This document shows positions 9,683-19,539 of a stretch of 64,000 bases of DNA, piece by piece. The position numbers and the translations under genes were made by a program. Source of the stretch: a virus (lineage: Duplodnaviria; Caudoviricetes); IMG/VR virus record IMGVR_UViG_3300043418_000375, positions 1,426 to 65,425 of that record. One strand, given 5' to 3'. Position 1 is the stretch's first letter; each line of letters begins with the position of its first letter. The notes below the pieces were generated by a model. The model was not told where the DNA came from. It worked only from the letters and a program-made list of their open reading frames with translations, and did not search any database.

Positions 9683-10375
9683 ATGATGCGGCCTGCTGAA
9701 CTGCTCATCATCGAGAACGCCAAGGAATGCCCTGACTTCCGATATTACCTGCCACTGATGAAGAAGGCGGAAAGAAACGTCACGAGCTACCCGGACATCT
9801 GCATCGAGACGTGCAAAGCGCTTGTCGAAGGGGTGTCGAAGACGATCATTCTTTCCTTGGAAGAGGGAGTAAGGCCCGAAGACATCAAGGATCTTGATGT
9901 ATCGCCACTCGTTAAACGCGCTGGCAAGCTGCTCCAGCAGGACGACACGATCATCGAAGAAGGCTTTGTAACTCGGGTTGCTTCGGTCGCGCACTTCATA
10001 GGCGTCCTGCGGAACGAGCGGGGTGACATCTCGCATGGCAAAGCTGTGCCGAAGGTGATCCAAAGCAATGACAAGCTGGCCAATGCAATTCTCCAAGTCT
10101 CAAGCGGTCTGCTGATCTATATGCTGGACACCTATTTCACCAAGCTTAAGGACAAGCGCGCGCGAATCGCTCAAGCGGAGCTCGAAAAAGAACAAGCAGC
10201 CGATCTGGAACAAGTGTCTTACGATGACAACCAGGACTTCAATTCGTGGCTGGATGAAAGCTATCCCTACGACGGCAAATTGAGTTACAGTTTTGCGCTC
10301 TTTTCGCTTTACCCTGAGGATTACCTTGTACGGCTTGAAGAGTTCCGGGACATCGCCGAGGAGGAGGACGAATGA
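9683..10375 (+). CDS. Abortive-infection (Abi_C/HEPN-like) protein
   Basis: ETCKALVEGVSKTI...LRNERGDISHGK resembles Abi_C/HEPN RxxxxH; coupled between hsdS and hsdR. Confidence 0.65.
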   Translation: MMRPAELLIIENAKECPDFRYYLPLMKKAERNVTSYPDICIETCKALVEGVSKTIILSLEEGVRPEDIKDLDVSPLVKRAGKLLQQDDTIIEEGFVTRVASVAHFIGVLRNERGDISHGKAVPKVIQSNDKLANAILQVSSGLLIYMLDTYFTKLKDKRARIAQAELEKEQAADLEQVSYDDNQDFNSWLDESYPYDGKLSYSFALFSLYPEDYLVRLEEFRDIAEEEDE

Positions 10376-13245
10376 TCCAATCCGAAGCACAGCTGGAATC
10401 CGGCTTGGTAAAGCGCCTTCACAGCTTGGGCTGGGAACCTGTCACCATCACTGACGGCGCTGGGTTACGCGCAAATCTGAAGGCGCAGTTGGAGGCACAG
10501 AACGACGTCAGTCTGTCGGACGCAGAATTCACCCGAGTACTGAACCACCTCGACAAGGGCAATGTCTTTGACAAGGCCAAGCTCCTGCGCGACCGCATGG
10601 CCCTGCCCCGCGACGACGGCACGACCGTCTATATCCAGTTCCTGAACACCGAAGAATGGTGCCGCAACCGATATCAGGTTACCTCGCAGGTCACCCAGGC
10701 AGGCAGCTACAAGAACCGCTATGACGTGACTCTGCTGATCAACGGCCTGCCGCTGATCCAGGTGGAGCTGAAGCGCCGTGGCATGGAGCTGAAGGAGGCC
10801 TTCAACCAGGTCAACCGCTACCAGCGCCATTCCTATTGGTCGGATCACGGGCTGTTTCAGTATGTGCAGCTGTTCGTCATCTCAAACGGCGTGAACACCA
10901 AGTACTATGCCAACAACCGCGATCAGGATTTCAACCAGACCTTCTTCTGGGCCGATGTCAAAAACCGGCTGATCACCCAGCTTGACGCCTTTGCCGACGC
11001 CTTCCTCGAGAAGTGCCATGCGTCAAAGATGATCAGCAAATACATCGTCCTGCACGAGAGCAACAAGGTGCTGATGGTGCTGCGGCCCTATCAGTATTTC
11101 GCGGTCGAGGCGATTGTCGAGCGGGTGAAAGCCGGGCGGAAGAATGGCTACATCTGGCACACCACCGGTTCGGGCAAGACACTGACCAGCTTCAAAGCTG
11201 CGCAGGTGCTGATTGAGAACCCCAAGGTGCACAAGGTCGTCTTCGTCGTCGACCGCAGCGACCTCGACTATCAGACCACCAAGGAATTCAACCATTTCAG
11301 CGATGGTTCGGTCGATGGCACGGATAACACTCGTGCGCTGGTCAAGCAGCTGGCAGGCGACCACAAGCTGATCGTCACAACGATCCAGAAGCTGAACACG
11401 GCCATTTCCCGCGACAAGTTCGAGGGCCCGCTGCAGGCGGTGAAGGACGAACGGGTCGTGTTCATCTTTGACGAATGCCATCGTTCGCAGTTCGGCGAAA
11501 CCCACAAGCGTATCGTGGCGTTCTTCAGCCGGGCGCAGATGTTCGGTTTCACGGGCACCCCGATCTTCGCCGAAAACGCGATGGCCAAGCGGACCACCAA
11601 GGATCTGTTCGGCGAGTGCCTGCATAAATACGTCATCACCGACGCGATCAGCGATGAAAACGTTCTACGGTTCTCGGTCGAATACTGGGGCAAGCTGAAG
11701 CGCAAGGATGGCAGCCTGATCGACGAAGAGGTCGCGGGCATCAACATCAAGGAATTCTTCGACCACCCCGACCGGATCAACGGAGTCGTGGACTGGATCA
11801 TCCAGAACCATGATCGCAAGACCCATAACCGTCAGTTCAGCGCTATGCTCTGCGTCAGTTCGGTCGACGCGCTGATCACCTACTACGAGGCCCTCAAGCG
11901 GCGGCGCGATGCGGGCGAGCATGATCTGCGCGTTGCCACGATCTTCACCTACACGGCCAACGAGGAAGATGCCGATGCCGACGGCATGATTGGCGATCCC
12001 GATTTCAACATCGGCGTGGACAAGCCGATAAACGTGCACACCCGCGAAAAGCTGGATCGGTTCATCGCCGACTACAACGCGATGTACCAGACCGCTTATT
12101 CGACGAAGGACAGCCACAGCTTCTACAACTATTACAAGGACATCGCCAAACGCATGAAGGAGCGCGAGCGGCGCGACTTCCAGGACAAGGACCGGGTCGA
12201 CATCCTTCTGGTAGTCAACATGTTCCTGACCGGATTCGACGCCAAGAAGCTGAACACGCTCTACGTCGACAAAAACTTGCGATACCACGGACTGATCCAG
12301 GCATTTTCGCGCACCAACCGCATCCTTGGCCAGGTCAAATCCCAAGGCAACATCGTCTGCTTCCGGAATCTGAAAGCCAAGACAGACGAGGCGATCACGC
12401 TGTTTTCTAACAAGGATGCCATCGAAACCGTCCTGATGGCCCCTTACGAAGAATATGTCGCGCAGTTCAACGCGGCAGTCGCCAAACTGCTGGAAATAGC
12501 CCCGGACGTGGACAGCGTGAACGATTTGCAGACTGAAGGCGAAATGCTGACCTTCGTGCAGGCATTCCGCGAGCTGATCCGCGTCCGCAACGTGCTGGGC
12601 AGCTTCACCCAGTTCAGCCCCGACGACCTGACCCTCGATCCGCAGAAATTCGAGGACTACAAGAGCAAGTACCTCGACATCTATGACCGGACAAAACGGA
12701 CCAAAGAAACCGAAGCAGTGTCGATCATCGACGAGGTAGATTTCGAACTGGAGCTGATCCAGCGAGACGAAATCAACGTCGCCTACATCCTCGGCTTGCT
12801 GGCCGAGGTATCGCGGGACGCCAACAGCCTGGATGCGACCCAACGCTTTGAAAGCGCACGTAAACGCAAGCTGGTGATGGACATGCTTGGGTCAGAGGCG
12901 CAGCTGCGCAGCAAGCGTGAATTGATCGAGCGCTTCATCGAAGAGCACATGCCGAAGGCAAAAGACGGCAGCGCAAGTGTGGAAGAGACCTTCCTAGCCT
13001 ATTGGAACGATGAGCGGGTCAAGGCGATGGAGACTGTGTGCACCGAAGAAGGCATTGCACCGGCGGCATTCCAGCGGCTGGTCGAAGACTACCAGTTCAC
13101 AGGTAAACCGCCGCTGCGCGAAGCGATCATCGATGTGCTTGAGCAAAAGCCGAAGATCCTAGAACGGAAGAAGATCACAGAGAGGATTATCGATAAACTC
13201 CTCGGCCTGGTCGCAACGTTTGATGATGGACTCGGGGGGATATGA
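10372..13245 (+). CDS. hsdR: Type I restriction endonuclease HsdR
   Basis: RYDVTLLINGLPLIQVELK, WHTTGSGKT, DECHRSQ, GFTGTP, MFLTGFD, QAFSRTNR. Confidence 0.97.
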   Translation: MIQSEAQLESGLVKRLHSLGWEPVTITDGAGLRANLKAQLEAQNDVSLSDAEFTRVLNHLDKGNVFDKAKLLRDRMALPRDDGTTVYIQFLNTEEWCRNRYQVTSQVTQAGSYKNRYDVTLLINGLPLIQVELKRRGMELKEAFNQVNRYQRHSYWSDHGLFQYVQLFVISNGVNTKYYANNRDQDFNQTFFWADVKNRLITQLDAFADAFLEKCHASKMISKYIVLHESNKVLMVLRPYQYFAVEAIVERVKAGRKNGYIWHTTGSGKTLTSFKAAQVLIENPKVHKVVFVVDRSDLDYQTTKEFNHFSDGSVDGTDNTRALVKQLAGDHKLIVTTIQKLNTAISRDKFEGPLQAVKDERVVFIFDECHRSQFGETHKRIVAFFSRAQMFGFTGTPIFAENAMAKRTTKDLFGECLHKYVITDAISDENVLRFSVEYWGKLKRKDGSLIDEEVAGINIKEFFDHPDRINGVVDWIIQNHDRKTHNRQFSAMLCVSSVDALITYYEALKRRRDAGEHDLRVATIFTYTANEEDADADGMIGDPDFNIGVDKPINVHTREKLDRFIADYNAMYQTAYSTKDSHSFYNYYKDIAKRMKERERRDFQDKDRVDILLVVNMFLTGFDAKKLNTLYVDKNLRYHGLIQAFSRTNRILGQVKSQGNIVCFRNLKAKTDEAITLFSNKDAIETVLMAPYEEYVAQFNAAVAKLLEIAPDVDSVNDLQTEGEMLTFVQAFRELIRVRNVLGSFTQFSPDDLTLDPQKFEDYKSKYLDIYDRTKRTKETEAVSIIDEVDFELELIQRDEINVAYILGLLAEVSRDANSLDATQRFESARKRKLVMDMLGSEAQLRSKRELIERFIEEHMPKAKDGSASVEETFLAYWNDERVKAMETVCTEEGIAPAAFQRLVEDYQFTGKPPLREAIIDVLEQKPKILERKKITERIIDKLLGLVATFDDGLGGI

Positions 13246-13329
13246 ATTGCCCCCCGTCTTGTGCCACCATTGCAACATCACTACATCTCGGTAATCTAGA
13301 AGAGAATTATACCATAGGGGGAAAGGCGG

Positions 13330-14199
13330 ATGAGCCTGACATCGGAGAACTTGGTTGGCTACCTGCGAGCCGAGTTCCACAAATCGAGCCGCATCCGTCT
13401 CTCGCTTTTTGTTGTCCAAATGCTCGCCGCTGTGCCCGCCGCAGTATCCGTCGTCATTTCCGATCAGGAAAAGGTGCTGCTTTATGGCCTGGCGATCACG
13501 ACCGTCGTACTGCTTGTTGTTTGGTGGGTACTAAACGAGATGTACACCTCAGTGCGATCAGCCGCCCAAGCTGCTCGTCGTGGTGCGCTCTTGCTTGGTG
13601 GGCTTCAACAAACTTTCTCTCCAAGCGAGATTCAGAGTCTGCGCGAGCGTTTCACGGTCACGTCAGAACGCGCGCAGGAATTTGAGATGGCGGATTACTA
13701 TGCGACGAACGAGCCGCACGGCCCTTCGCGCTTAGCTGAAATGGTAGAGGAATCGGCATTCTACAGTGAGCGCCTACAACGAAAGAGCGCGCGGGTGATC
13801 CTTGGAATACTTCTGCTGTTCGCAATCCTCTTCCTTGTCATCGCGCTGGTGAGCATCCCAACGATCGACGGCAACACCGGTATGATGATGACACGCGTAC
13901 TGCTCGCGCTAATGGTCTTTGTCTTATCTGCAGACGTGTTGGGTGCGTATCGCCAGCACCGCGGTGCAGCTGAAGAGATCAAACAGATTCGGAATAGACT
14001 AATGGTGGCAGACAGGTCCAATTACCAATTACCGGACGTTTTGCTCGCCTACGCGGACTATAACGCCGCCGTGGAAGGCTGCCCGGAGGTCGTGCCATTT
14101 GTGTACAATCTGTACCGAAAAGAGCTCGAGCTTGGCTGGAATGATTACCAAAATGATCGAGCTGATGCTCGCGCCGAATGGCGAGGGGCGCCGAAATGA
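13330..14199 (+). CDS. CBASS four-transmembrane effector (S-4TM/Cap16-like)
   Basis: Two pairs of hydrophobic helices; YYA...G..RLAEMVEES; P.VVPFVY; ATGA overlap with the CD-NTase. Confidence 0.75.
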   Translation: MSLTSENLVGYLRAEFHKSSRIRLSLFVVQMLAAVPAAVSVVISDQEKVLLYGLAITTVVLLVVWWVLNEMYTSVRSAAQAARRGALLLGGLQQTFSPSEIQSLRERFTVTSERAQEFEMADYYATNEPHGPSRLAEMVEESAFYSERLQRKSARVILGILLLFAILFLVIALVSIPTIDGNTGMMMTRVLLALMVFVLSADVLGAYRQHRGAAEEIKQIRNRLMVADRSNYQLPDVLLAYADYNAAVEGCPEVVPFVYNLYRKELELGWNDYQNDRADARAEWRGAPK

Positions 14200-15653
14200 A
14201 ACATGTAGATCTGTTCAGGGATTTTCTCCGGGAAACAGTCAACCTTAACGACACCAGAATCCAGGAACTTGAGAAGAGCACTGAAGCAATTAAGAACGCC
14301 GTACGAGCGTCGATTTGGCAGCCGCAACTTCTCGGGTGGATGGAGCAGGGTTCCTGGGCACATAAGACGATCATCAAGCCAGTTGATCAAGGCGAGTTCG
14401 ATGCCGACCTTATCGTGTTCGTGAAGCCAGTCGATGGCTGGGATGCTGCGCAATATATCGACAAGCTCTACGAAGCATTCAGGGCGAACGGCACCTACAG
14501 AGATATGGTGAGGCGGTGGTCACACTGCGTGACGATCACATATGCAAACGACAAAAAAATCGATGTCGCACCCGTCCTGGTAAATCGAGGCGGCGTTGAA
14601 GTGCTTGAGGTATGCAATCGCGACTTGAACCAATTTGAACACACCGAGCCCAGGAAGTACACTGAATGGCTCGTTCAGCGGAACGGCTACTCCGGTTCCA
14701 ACAGCTTCCGGAAAGTCACTCGGCTTATCAAATATCTCCGCGATATCAAGACGCGCTTCACCTGCTCGTCCGTGTTGCTGACGACGATCCTCGGTTACCG
14801 TATTGAAGCTGCCGACAAGGACAGCGAGATGTTCTGCGACACTCCGACAGCACTAAGGACGGTGTTCGGCCGAATGGACGATTGGCTGCAGGCCAATCTC
14901 GTAAGGCCGACTGTATTGAACCCCTACTTGCAGACTGAGAATTTTGCGGAAGGCTGGACTGACGAGCAGTATGCCAACTTCCGTAATCACATCCACAAGT
15001 ACCGTGGTTGGATCGATGACGCCTACGACGAGCAGGATCGTTCCGAAAGTATCGCGAAATGGCGGCGGGTTTTCGGTGATGCGTTCGCCCATGGCATTGT
15101 CTTGGATGAGGGGAAGATAGCTGGCCAGATGGTCGTAGCGGATGTGCGCCGAACCATGGTCGAAGCATCGCATTTTGCCGGCGACCTGGTCGAGGCGATA
15201 AAGCGATTCGGCGGTCGCATCCTGCCGGCGAGCTTCAATCGACGCCCGTATATGGAGGCGCCGCGCTGGAAAAACGGGCCAGATAGTCAAAAGATCCATG
15301 TGATCGTGCGTGCCGCGCTGTATCGCGAGAAATTTGGCACGCATCCACTCAAAGAAGTGCAGTCGCTTGAGCCACTGGCTGCCGGCTATTGGCTGCAATT
15401 CAGAGCTACCACAAATACAGGTCAGTATTTCCCATCATCTGATTACACTGTGATGTGGCGAGTGACGAATACGGACGAGGCGGCAGCGCGTGACGGTGCT
15501 CTACGGGGACGATTCGAAGAGCCGGAAGCAGACAATCGCCGCTGGGAACATTTGAAGTATCGAGGTGTTCACCTCGTCGAGGCGTTTGTGATTCTGAAGC
15601 GGACAGACCGGATCGTGGGGCAGAGTGAGGCGTTTAGGGTGATGGTCGAATAG
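14196..15653 (+). CDS. CBASS cGAS/DncV-like nucleotidyltransferase (SMODS) with C-terminal AGS-C domain
   Basis: QGSWAHKTIIKP...EFDADL, IDVAP, LIKYLRD; C-terminal WRVTNT..A....LRG....WEHLKYRGVHLVEAF. Confidence 0.88.
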   Translation: MKHVDLFRDFLRETVNLNDTRIQELEKSTEAIKNAVRASIWQPQLLGWMEQGSWAHKTIIKPVDQGEFDADLIVFVKPVDGWDAAQYIDKLYEAFRANGTYRDMVRRWSHCVTITYANDKKIDVAPVLVNRGGVEVLEVCNRDLNQFEHTEPRKYTEWLVQRNGYSGSNSFRKVTRLIKYLRDIKTRFTCSSVLLTTILGYRIEAADKDSEMFCDTPTALRTVFGRMDDWLQANLVRPTVLNPYLQTENFAEGWTDEQYANFRNHIHKYRGWIDDAYDEQDRSESIAKWRRVFGDAFAHGIVLDEGKIAGQMVVADVRRTMVEASHFAGDLVEAIKRFGGRILPASFNRRPYMEAPRWKNGPDSQKIHVIVRAALYREKFGTHPLKEVQSLEPLAAGYWLQFRATTNTGQYFPSSDYTVMWRVTNTDEAAARDGALRGRFEEPEADNRRWEHLKYRGVHLVEAFVILKRTDRIVGQSEAFRVMVE

Positions 15654-15689
15654 TAGATTGCTGCCCAACTTGGCCGCATCCAAGCCCCC

Positions 15690-15950
15690 TCCCATGGTTC
15701 CTCCTGGCCTCAATTCGTATACGGGGGGGCGTTGCCCGGCACTTCGCTAGCGACTGGCAATTTCACCGGGGAATCCACCCGGAATCCAGCACGCGGAGAT
15801 CGTGATTTTTAATGACTCATTTTCAATAACTTACAAAATCACGACTTTGCCGCGCTGGATTCTTTTGGGGAATCCAAGGAATCCACTTTGAGGAACCCAC
15901 CAGCAAGAAGCCACCCCATTGAAGCCAACCGCTGAGAAGCCGTTGAATCC
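15690..15950. other. Putative packaging (cos-like) region with GAATCC repeats around an IHF-like site
   Basis: Imperfect IR 15782-15809/15835-15862 flanking TTTCAATAACTTA; seven GANTC sites within about 180 bp. Confidence 0.45.
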
Positions 15951-15965
15951 ACGTGCATTTTCCAT

Positions 15966-15996
15966 TTGACAAAGCTGCCTCTCTTGCCCTACCCCT
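15966..15996 (+). promoter_or_regulatory. Putative late promoter
   Basis: Perfect TTGACA at 15966; degenerate -10 (TACCCC) 18 bp downstream. Confidence 0.4.
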
Positions 15997-16012
15997 TGAA
16001 CATCGAAGAATT

Positions 16013-16048
16013 GCGCCCGGAGGAACCCCTCGCGGGCGCTTTTATTTT
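16013..16048 (+). terminator. Intrinsic terminator-like hairpin
   Basis: GCGCCCG...CGGGCGC stem followed by TTTTATTTT. Confidence 0.6.
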
Positions 16049-16134
16049 CTCGCATCGCGGACCTGATCGTGAAGCAGCCGTCGCCGGCCGCGCCCGCCGG
16101 GTCGCCCGCCCTGCCCCAAAACGAGACCTGCCCT

Positions 16135-17397
16135 ATGGACCTGGTGTTCACCCCGAGCCAGATCGAGATCTGGCCGCTCGACCGGCTGCGGCCTTATGCC
16201 AAGAACGCCAAAGTCCATGGCACCGACCAAGTGGCGAAGATCGCGGCCAGCATGGCGAAGTTCGGCTGGACTGTGCCCTGCATGGTCGCCGACGATGGTG
16301 AGCTGATCGCCGGGCATGGCAGGGTGCTGGCCGCCACGATGCTGGGGCTGAAGGACGTGCCGGTGATCAGGCTCGGCCATCTCGACGAAGCAGAACGTCG
16401 GGCCTACCGGATCGCAGACAACAAGCTGACCGAACTCGGGGAATGGGACGAGGCGATGCTGCGCGAGGAGATCGCAGGGCTATTGGCTGAAGATTTCGAC
16501 CTGTCGCTGCTGGGGATCGCCGACGATGATCTCGACGCGCTGCTGCGAGATCCCGAAGCGCTGGGCGGCGATGGCCCGGCCGAGGGTGAGGATGATGTGC
16601 CCGAGCCGCCGGTCACGCCGGTTTCCGTTGCAGGCGACCTCTGGCAGCTTGGAGCGCATCGGCTCATCTGTGGCGACAGTACCTCGGCCGATGTGGTCGG
16701 ACGGTTGCTGGGCGACGTGAAGCCGCTGCTGATGGTCACCGATCCGCCCTATGGCGTGGAATATGACCCGTCTTGGCGGAATCAAGCTGGGGCAGCCAAG
16801 ACCAAACGCACCGGCAAGGTGCTAAATGACGACCGGGCAGACTGGCGCGAGGCTTGGGCGCTCTTCCCCGGCGATGTCGCCTATGTCTGGCATGGTGCAC
16901 TGCATGCCACGACCGTGGCCGAGAGCCTCGTCGCGGCAGGCTTCACCGTGCGGTCACAGATCATCTGGGCCAAGGACCGTCTGGTTCTCAGCCGGGGTGA
17001 TTATCACTGGCAGCATGAACCCTGCTGGTATGCGGTGCGCAAAACCGGCAAGGGGCATTGGGCGGGCGACCGCAAACAAACGACGCTCTGGCAGATCGCC
17101 AACAAGGATCAGGACGCCGAGACCGTGCACGGCACGCAAAAGCCGGTGGAATGTATGCGCCGCCCGATCCTAAATAACTCGAGCCCCGGCCAGGCGGTCT
17201 ATGAACCCTTCATGGGCTCGGGAACCACGCTGATTGCGGCTGAGACCACCGGACGTGTCTGCTTCGGGGTCGAACTAAACCCTGCCTATGTCGATGTTGC
17301 CATCGAACGCTGGCAGAAATTTACCGGTGTCATTGCCACACTGGCGGAAACCCGCGAGAGCTTCGCCGATCTGAAGGCCAAGCGGCTGGCGGCGTGA
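16135..17397 (+). CDS. ParB-like N-domain fused to an N4/N6 DNA methyltransferase
   Basis: LRPYAKNAKVH, IAGHGR, IADNKL; TDPPY, HGTQKPV, EPFMGSGTT. Confidence 0.93.
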   Translation: MDLVFTPSQIEIWPLDRLRPYAKNAKVHGTDQVAKIAASMAKFGWTVPCMVADDGELIAGHGRVLAATMLGLKDVPVIRLGHLDEAERRAYRIADNKLTELGEWDEAMLREEIAGLLAEDFDLSLLGIADDDLDALLRDPEALGGDGPAEGEDDVPEPPVTPVSVAGDLWQLGAHRLICGDSTSADVVGRLLGDVKPLLMVTDPPYGVEYDPSWRNQAGAAKTKRTGKVLNDDRADWREAWALFPGDVAYVWHGALHATTVAESLVAAGFTVRSQIIWAKDRLVLSRGDYHWQHEPCWYAVRKTGKGHWAGDRKQTTLWQIANKDQDAETVHGTQKPVECMRRPILNNSSPGQAVYEPFMGSGTTLIAAETTGRVCFGVELNPAYVDVAIERWQKFTGVIATLAETRESFADLKAKRLAA

Positions 17398-17439
17398 ACG
17401 CAACACTGCTGCGGGGCAGGATTGAACACTGACAGCAAC

Positions 17440-18048
17440 TTAACTGACCAGCATAGCTTTTTTGACCTCGTTCAAGAAGGTCCTGACCGCTTTGCGGTAC
17501 CTAAAAAGCATCGGCGTTCCAATTTGCAGCCGTTCACCCGGCTTTGGTGGGGGAACGACAAAGCCCTTTACGATTGAAATAGTTCTTTCGTTCCACTTTC
17601 CACCCGAATGACAAAGAACATTTCTTACCGCAATCAATTCAAGACAAGCATCTCTTGCCCACACAAATTCCTGATCAACGACGGTATAGAGTTTCTCGAC
17701 CTTGCTCTGCGGATGATCGCCAGCAGTAAATGAAAGCTGGACCAAAGCTTGGGTCATCATCTCATCGAAAATGACCACAAGATCTTGTAAGAGCATTTTG
17801 ACTACGTTCTGAGCATTTGCCCTAAAGTTGGTGGATGGATCCCTGCGAAACTTGACCTTTGAATTTCCGAACCTCTCAGCCATCAAAGGGGAAGCGAATG
17901 TACAGACAGGCTCTACCCAGCGGGCACCCGACAAGATCGCTGAATGCAATTCTTCCTTATTTGAAAACTCATCAGCCCTTGCGAATTCCATGGCGTAAAT
18001 GATTGTGTAAAGAGTTGACGTCCATGAGTTGATGGGCTCCCAGTCCAT
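17440..18048 (-). CDS. Low-GC hypothetical protein with a HEPN-like RxxxxH motif
   Basis: ELIAVRNVLCHSGG; AT-richer than its flanks; GGAG upstream of ATG. Confidence 0.6.
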   Translation of the reverse strand: MDWEPINSWTSTLYTIIYAMEFARADEFSNKEELHSAILSGARWVEPVCTFASPLMAERFGNSKVKFRRDPSTNFRANAQNVVKMLLQDLVVIFDEMMTQALVQLSFTAGDHPQSKVEKLYTVVDQEFVWARDACLELIAVRNVLCHSGGKWNERTISIVKGFVVPPPKPGERLQIGTPMLFRYRKAVRTFLNEVKKAMLVS

Positions 18049-18162
18049 TTCGACCGTACTCCTAGTTTGTAAACCAAACGACCCTACAGCTTCCGCTCCG
18101 CAACACAATGGGCCAAAGACCTTCTGCAATGGAGGGAGGTATGGCTTCGACCGCTTAGCGGG

Positions 18163-18702
18163 TCACTTGAAGCGATACACCGTCCCTCTGCCCTCGATCT
18201 TCTCGGCGTTGATGGGCAGGCCAAGCTTCTTTTTCAGGGAACCCGAGATCGCGCCACGAATCGTGTTTGACCTCCATTGGGTCTCAGTCATGATCTCCTC
18301 GACGGTCGCCCCCTCGGGGCGCCGCAGCATGCCGATGAGGGTGGCTTGCTTGGTGCCCGCGCGTGGGCTCGGCGCTTTCGGTTCGGCTTCGGACCCGGCT
18401 TTCGCCTTCACGCGGATCGTGGCCATGGTTTGGACCACCACCGGGTCTATGCCGACTGCCAGCAGGCCAGCGTCGGTCACCACCAGCGTGGTGCCGAGGC
18501 CCTCACCCTTCTCGCGCCAAAGCGGGTCACCGCGCCGAATATTGGCCTCAACCTCCAGAAGCCAGCCGCAGTCGATCATCTTGCCAACGGCCATCTTGGC
18601 CGCCGCACCGACGAGACCCTTGGGCAGTGGCAAAGCAAGGTTGCGGGGGCGCTGGGCTCCGGCGGTCAGGATCTGGGTTTGAGTATCTGTGAGTTTGTGC
18701 AT
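18163..18702 (-). CDS. DUF3489 domain protein
   Basis: PRAGTKQATLIGMLRRPEGATVEEI...W...TIRGAISGSLKKKLGL. Confidence 0.88.
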   Translation of the reverse strand: MHKLTDTQTQILTAGAQRPRNLALPLPKGLVGAAAKMAVGKMIDCGWLLEVEANIRRGDPLWREKGEGLGTTLVVTDAGLLAVGIDPVVVQTMATIRVKAKAGSEAEPKAPSPRAGTKQATLIGMLRRPEGATVEEIMTETQWRSNTIRGAISGSLKKKLGLPINAEKIEGRGTVYRFK

Positions 18703-18727
18703 CTGCGTCTCCGGGGCTGTTGTTCGG

Positions 18728-19135
18728 TCAGGCGCTTTCACCCTGCGCATCGGCCGCAGCGAAGGCGAAATATTGCACCCAGCCGGTCAGGTAAGGCAGC
18801 CCTGCCGGGATCCCCTCAAGGCGCTGGGTCTGAGCCGAAATGCGCCAGTCCTGCCATTTGGCAATGGTGGCTTTGATGGCACTTGCGCTGTCGGGCGTCC
18901 CGCTTTGCAGGGCCCCCATCACATCATCGGCAAAATGGCGGCCCGCGCGGCTATCCAGAAAGTCTCGCACCCCAATCAGGTCTTCTTCGCTCTTCGCGCG
19001 AACCGCGGCGGCGATCATCGTCGAGACCAGCTCCCAGACCTCTGCGCTCCGCCGCTCGCGCAAGGGGCAGGTGGTCATAGCCCCGAAAAAGCCTGTGTCT
19101 TCGTTGCGGCTGGGCAGAGTGGCGTGCTTGGTCAT
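18728..19135 (-). CDS. Hypothetical phage protein
   Basis: AAGGA RBS; VRDFLDSRAGRHFADDV motif; co-oriented in the leftward cluster. Confidence 0.75.
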   Translation of the reverse strand: MTKHATLPSRNEDTGFFGAMTTCPLRERRSAEVWELVSTMIAAAVRAKSEEDLIGVRDFLDSRAGRHFADDVMGALQSGTPDSASAIKATIAKWQDWRISAQTQRLEGIPAGLPYLTGWVQYFAFAAADAQGESA

Positions 19136-19191
19136 GGCGGAAATTCCTTATCGGGGTGACTGGCGGGGCGCTCGGCCCCGCCTGTTCAAGC

Positions 19192-19539
19192 TCATGCGGC
19201 GCTGAGGGCCTCAAGCGTGGCGATGTGGTTGCGCAGCGTCGCGGCCTCCTCGCGCGCGGCGTCCGCCCAGAAGGCAGCACGGGCCTTGCAGGCGCGGGCG
19301 AGATGCTCGGCATCTTGCTGCGTGAACCGGTTGACCTTGTGCGCGCGGCCATGCCCCGTGCAGGTGGCGCGATGTTTGCCTCCCTCGGGGGTCAGCGTGA
19401 AGGTCAGGGGGCCGAAGTCGTCCATGATGATCCAGTTGTGCGACGCTATGGTGGCGCAGGCGCTGGGCGCGAGGCGTGCTTCGATCTCTTCAGCGGCGGC
19501 GCGAAAGTCGTTGATCAGGAGGACGGTGGGGTTGGTCAT
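19192..19539 (-). CDS. Hypothetical phage protein
   Basis: GGAG RBS; 115 aa; part of the leftward cluster. Confidence 0.7.
   Translation of the reverse strand: MTNPTVLLINDFRAAAEEIEARLAPSACATIASHNWIIMDDFGPLTFTLTPEGGKHRATCTGHGRAHKVNRFTQQDAEHLARACKARAAFWADAAREEAATLRNHIATLEALSAA

Noticed and set aside
2932-15950. Short repeat clusters (2932-3080, 15770-15950) as CRISPR arrays
   Set aside because: Repeat units are 10 bp or less with no repeat-spacer geometry, and there are no cas genes.
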